Assembly: GCA_038127595.1 (NCBI GenBank)
Contig: JAYPIC010000047.1
Span: forward strand, 1 to 12,303
DNA length: 12,303 nt
Direction of reading: 5' to 3'
Origin: a bacterium
Lineage (GTDB): Bacteria > Fidelibacterota > Marinisomatia > Marinisomatales > UBA1611
The notes under the pieces are model-generated. The model saw nothing but the letters and a program-made list of their open reading frames with translations, was not told the origin of the DNA and ran no database searches. The translations under genes were made by a program, and so were the position numbers. Below, piece by piece: positions 8,819 through 12,303 of this stretch. Positions within the stretch are counted from its first letter, which is position 1, and each line of letters opens with the position of its first letter.

Positions 8819-9097
8819 TTAAGATAATTTTTCTTTTTTACGCCACTTTACATCTCCATCAATGAACTGATTTACAGCCACGCTAGTTGTTTTTTCAAGT
8901 TCAATATAATCTTCTGGAGACTTTTCTTCAATCTCATCAAACACCCCGTAGTCATCCTCTTCAGCATCTTTAATAGACTCCTGGACTATACGTTCGTCTA
9001 ATACTCTCTTGGCTTGCCCTGACATAACAACCACCGCCTCATAAATGTTATCCACTTTTTCCTCAATACTTCTTAAAGGAATTGTTTTTATACCCAT
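8819..9097 (-). CDS. rpoZ: RNA polymerase omega subunit (FCB-type)
   Basis: Directly after gmk; NIYEAVVVMSGQAKRV and EKTTSVAVNQFIDG correspond to the omega conserved helices, with an acidic insert between them; AAGGAG RBS upstream. Confidence 0.88.
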   Translation of the reverse strand: MGIKTIPLRSIEEKVDNIYEAVVVMSGQAKRVLDERIVQESIKDAEEDDYGVFDEIEEKSPEDYIELEKTTSVAVNQFIDGDVKWRKKEKLS

Positions 9098-9099
9098 TT

Positions 9100-9666
9100 T
9101 TAAGCTCCTTCTATTATTTCATTTAATCTTTTTAAAAATTCATTTTTAGCGACCTCAATATTATCATTAATTAATAGAGTATCAAACCTATCTTTAAATG
9201 TCATTTCTTTTTTAAATCTCTTCAATCTTTTTTCTATATTTTCTTGAGATTCACTGCCTCTATGTTTAAGACGATATCTAAGAGCTTCTATGTTTGGGGG
9301 AGCAATAAAAATTGAATGAGAATTATTCGGGTATAAATTTTGAATAGACGCTGTCCCATTTACATCAAGTTCAAGCAAGACAATCTTTTTTTCATCAATA
9401 GCAGAATCTAGATATGACTTTAAGGTCCCATAATAATTACCATGAACATTTTCCCACTCTGCAAATTTGCCATCTTCAATTAAGGATTCAAACTTTTTAA
9501 TTGTTATAAAGTTATAATCTTCTCCATCTTTTTCATTTTTTCTTGGGTTCCTTGTAGTACAAGAGACCGACCAGATTAGCTCTGGTTTAATTTTTCTAAC
9601 AAGTTTACACAACGTAGTTTTCCCTGAACCAGATGGCGCGGATATACAAATTAAGTTTTTCATCAA
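9100..9666 (-). CDS. gmk: Guanylate kinase
   Basis: P-loop SAPSGSGKTT, SVSCTTRNPRKNEKDGEDYNF, EWENVHGNYYGT, IFIAPP; yicC-gmk-rpoZ synteny. Confidence 0.98.
   Translation of the reverse strand: MMKNLICISAPSGSGKTTLCKLVRKIKPELIWSVSCTTRNPRKNEKDGEDYNFITIKKFESLIEDGKFAEWENVHGNYYGTLKSYLDSAIDEKKIVLLELDVNGTASIQNLYPNNSHSIFIAPPNIEALRYRLKHRGSESQENIEKRLKRFKKEMTFKDRFDTLLINDNIEVAKNEFLKRLNEIIEGA
9105..9110 (-). promoter_or_regulatory. Shine-Dalgarno site (AAGGAG) for rpoZ, within the last codons of gmk
   Basis: Minus strand reads GAAGGAGCTTAAAAATG; 7-nt spacing to the ATG at 9097. Confidence 0.65.
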
Positions 9667-10523
9667 AGTATATTTTGTAGTTGTTCTTTAATTTTCTCGA
9701 GTTCGTTCTTTATCTCTACAATTTTACCTGTAATTTTTGGCAAGGGACTTTTTGACCCTATTGTATTAATCTCCCTATTGATTTCTTGAGCAAGAAATCC
9801 GAGTCTTTTACCAACGGGATCATTGGATTCTAAATATTTTAGAAATGATTCAATATGAATGTTAACTCGGACAGTTTCTTCTGTAATATCAGACCTTTCA
9901 ATTAAGTAAGCAACTTCTTGCATTAATCTATTCTCATCCAAGGAATCTTGCTCTGTTAAAAACTTAATCTTTTCGGCTATTTCGCTCTTTCTTTTAAGCG
10001 TATGTTTTTTTGCAAGTTTTTCAATAAAATTGATATCATTTTTGATTTTTTTTAATCGCTTATGAAAATCTTTATACAATTGTTTCCCCTCATCAATTCT
10101 GGCTTTATCCAATTGACCGAGAGCGTTTAAAAGTGCATCTATAGTTTCTTTATCATCACCAATTTTAATTTTTGATGTGCTATAAATATCACTTAGACTT
10201 ATGAAAGAGTTAATATCTAGTTTTTGTTTAAAATTTGTTTCAATTTCATTTATAAGTTCAATAATAGAGTTAAGTTTATTTTCATCGAATTTTAAACTTT
10301 TCTCAACATTATTTTTATCTAACTCTATAGATACTTTTACACTACCTCTTTCAATAACATCCGATATTATTTTTTTAATTTTTTGCTCAAATTCAGCACT
10401 AATATTTAGGCCAGAAAATCGTATATCCAAGTTTCGAGAGTTAAGGGATTTTATTTCAAGATTAATATTTTCTGATGGCTTGTTTATTGTTGCGACACCA
10501 AATCCCGTCATACTCTTTATCAT
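9663..10523 (-). CDS. yicC: YicC/YloC family endoribonuclease
   Basis: [66 protein letters not shown]; canonical position upstream of gmk (ATGA overlap). Confidence 0.96.
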   Translation of the reverse strand: MIKSMTGFGVATINKPSENINLEIKSLNSRNLDIRFSGLNISAEFEQKIKKIISDVIERGSVKVSIELDKNNVEKSLKFDENKLNSIIELINEIETNFKQKLDINSFISLSDIYSTSKIKIGDDKETIDALLNALGQLDKARIDEGKQLYKDFHKRLKKIKNDINFIEKLAKKHTLKRKSEIAEKIKFLTEQDSLDENRLMQEVAYLIERSDITEETVRVNIHIESFLKYLESNDPVGKRLGFLAQEINREINTIGSKSPLPKITGKIVEIKNELEKIKEQLQNIL

Positions 10524-11602
10524 TATTTAACCTCTTCAATTTTATTTGAAAAATACTTTTTTAATCGCTCAATTGAAATGCTAACACTTAATAAGTGATT
10601 TTTTTCAATTCCATTTAACGATCCATCATTAAGAAATGCGTAATCAACTATGAAATCATTCCAACTCAATCCAATGCCAGAAGCAAGAGTACCCCTTTGA
10701 AACATCCCAATTCTAAAAAATAATTTCTTTTTTAATATTGCCTCAAAACCAGCAGAAAACTCAATTGGTATTTTCCCCAAAACTAATTCAGAATCAATAG
10801 ATTTATCCAAATATAATATACTGCCTCTTAGCATAGGATTGATTTCTAGTTCATATTTACTGACACTAAATTTCTGACGTAATCCAAAATGTAATGATGG
10901 AGGTGAAATTTCTATATTCCCGCTTTCCCATATCAAGCCGGAGGATGGTAGATTTTTAACGATTAATCCTATACCGGTATTATTATAATTTCTAAATGCG
11001 CCAATATCTAGCCCTGCACCAATCCCAAACTCATTATCGATTGTATGCAATATAATTTTCAAACCAAAACCAATTCTCCAATTATTAAAAATTTTACTAT
11101 TAGCTCCATATAAACCAAAAATATTTTGGTTAAAAAACCTTATTTTGTCAACATCTAATCTCTCTCCCTCATCTAAAGAACCATTACCCTCTCCAACATC
11201 AAATGTTCCGAAAATCCCATCTAAACCCCAGTCTAATAGCGCACCTCTAGTATCTGGTACTCCATTCACACTCTCGTAAAGCATTATCACACTCACCCAA
11301 GAACTATCACTAATGTATTTATCAAAACCAATAAACTCGCTATTTGAGGTACCACTCATTCTAGATTGATGAGTCAGGCCTATCATGTTATTGTGACTTA
11401 AGGAGAGGGCTGGGTTTAATAAAACTGTACCAGGATTTTGAATAGGGTAGGCTATGCTAGATTGCGCTAGAGCTAGGGTCCTTGAGTCAGAATTTCTTTC
11501 AAAAACTTCCCATCCATAGGATACCACATTTATATCTGATACACCTTTCGAAAGGATAAAAACAGAAAAAAAACTATATATTATATTTTTTCTTAAAGTC
11601 AT
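10523..11602 (-). CDS. PorV/FadL-like outer-membrane beta-barrel protein with an acidic Gly-rich loop insertion
   Basis: Signal-peptide-like N-terminus; [12 protein letters not shown]...LLNPAL resembles the PorV/FadL ARxxxMGxAxxA...NPAxL plug; amphipathic strands ([51 protein letters not shown]...HLLSVSI). Assignment is by motif recognition only. Confidence 0.65.
   Translation of the reverse strand: MTLRKNIIYSFFSVFILSKGVSDINVVSYGWEVFERNSDSRTLALAQSSIAYPIQNPGTVLLNPALSLSHNNMIGLTHQSRMSGTSNSEFIGFDKYISDSSWVSVIMLYESVNGVPDTRGALLDWGLDGIFGTFDVGEGNGSLDEGERLDVDKIRFFNQNIFGLYGANSKIFNNWRIGFGLKIILHTIDNEFGIGAGLDIGAFRNYNNTGIGLIVKNLPSSGLIWESGNIEISPPSLHFGLRQKFSVSKYELEINPMLRGSILYLDKSIDSELVLGKIPIEFSAGFEAILKKKLFFRIGMFQRGTLASGIGLSWNDFIVDYAFLNDGSLNGIEKNHLLSVSISIERLKKYFSNKIEEVK
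10530..10534 (-). promoter_or_regulatory. Probable Shine-Dalgarno site (GAGGT) for yicC
   Basis: Minus strand reads GAAGAGGTTAAATAATG; 6-nt spacing to the ATG at 10523, which overlaps the upstream TAA. Confidence 0.5.
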
Positions 11603-12303
11603 TTAAAATATTTAGCGCCTCGATAGGAGTAATATCATTAGTTTGTAATTTTTCAAGTTCTTTTTTCAATTGAATACTATCATCATATTTTTTTTGGAAG
11701 TTAACATCTTGTTTTTCATCTAGATGTTGAATTATTTCATCATTATTTTCAAATTTATGAAACAATATTTCTTTTGCCCTTTCTACTACTGATGATGGCA
11801 AACCGGCCATTTTTGCTACTTGTATGCCATAACTTTTATCTCCAGGGCCATCGATAATCTTCCTAAGAAATATAATATCATCATCATGCTCTTTTACTTC
11901 CACATGATAGTTAAATAATCTACTTAATTTACTTTCGAGTACTGATAACTCATGATAATGAGTAGCAAATAATGTTCTTGCATTAATCTGTTCATTATCA
12001 TGAAGATACTCTACAATCGCCCAAGCGATTGATAAGCCATCAAATGTTGCTGTTCCCCTACCTACCTCATCAAAAAGAATTAAACTTTTTCTAGTGGCGT
12101 TATTAAGAATATTTGCTGCTTCATTCATTTCTACCAAAAAAGTTGACTCACCACCAGCAAGATTATCACTTGCACCTACTCTAGTAAATAATTTGTCTAC
12201 TATTCCAATTTCTGCTATTTCTGCAGGAACGAAACTACCAATCTGAGCTAAAAGTACAATAATACCGGTCTGTCTCAGAAAAGTTGATTTACCAGCCATA
12301 TTC
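11574..12303 (-). CDS. mutS: DNA mismatch repair protein MutS, C-terminal ATPase part (5' end outside window)
   Basis: Walker A remnant [32 protein letters not shown], Walker [34 protein letters not shown] and the MutS1 tail [10 protein letters not shown]. The listed Met at 12299 is internal to the P-loop, not the true start. Confidence 0.98.
   Translation of the reverse strand, partial: NMAGKSTFLRQTGIIVLLAQIGSFVPAEIAEIGIVDKLFTRVGASDNLAGGESTFLVEMNEAANILNNATRKSLILFDEVGRGTATFDGLSIAWAIVEYLHDNEQINARTLFATHYHELSVLESKLSRLFNYHVEVKEHDDDIIFLRKIIDGPGDKSYGIQVAKMAGLPSSVVERAKEILFHKFENNDEIIQHLDEKQDVNFQKKYDDSIQLKKELEKLQTNDITPIEALNILNDFKKKYNI

Noticed and set aside
2977..10530. Other short plus-strand ORFs (2977, 6278, 6639, 7397, 7682, 8280, 10201)
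   Set aside because: All lie antisense to well-supported conserved genes and show no recognisable motifs; they are consistent with shadow ORFs.
1..12303. tRNA, rRNA, CRISPR, IS elements, prophage or defence systems
   Set aside because: There is no intergenic space above 10 nt, no repeat-spacer pattern and no transposase, integrase or defence-type ORF.

Overview
AT-rich (roughly 30% GC by eye) bacterial chromosomal window that is almost entirely coding. It holds 14 co-directional minus-strand genes separated by at most 10 nt or overlapping. In transcription order: mutS (3' part), PorV-like outer-membrane barrel, yicC, gmk, rpoZ, family-4 UDG-like protein, dnaB, rel (RelA/SpoT), HU/IHF, ruvX/yqgF, lnt, secreted/membrane hypothetical protein, truA, htrA/degP (5' part, missing from the ORF track). 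The omega subunit type, the PorV-like gene and the compact layout suggest a streamlined FCB-group bacterium, possibly Marinimicrobia/SAR406 (inference). No RNA genes, mobile elements or CRISPR arrays were seen. Two anomalies stand out. (1) lnt is one continuous 499-codon frame broken by a single in-frame TAA at 3471-3473, with its catalytic triad intact. (2) The UDG-family gene upstream of dnaB is an intact ORF with no cysteines: three of four [4Fe-4S] ligand positions are Phe, and the uracil-recognising Asn and catalytic His are replaced. It may be an iron-free pseudo-glycosylase or a repurposed, possibly replisome-associated, protein.
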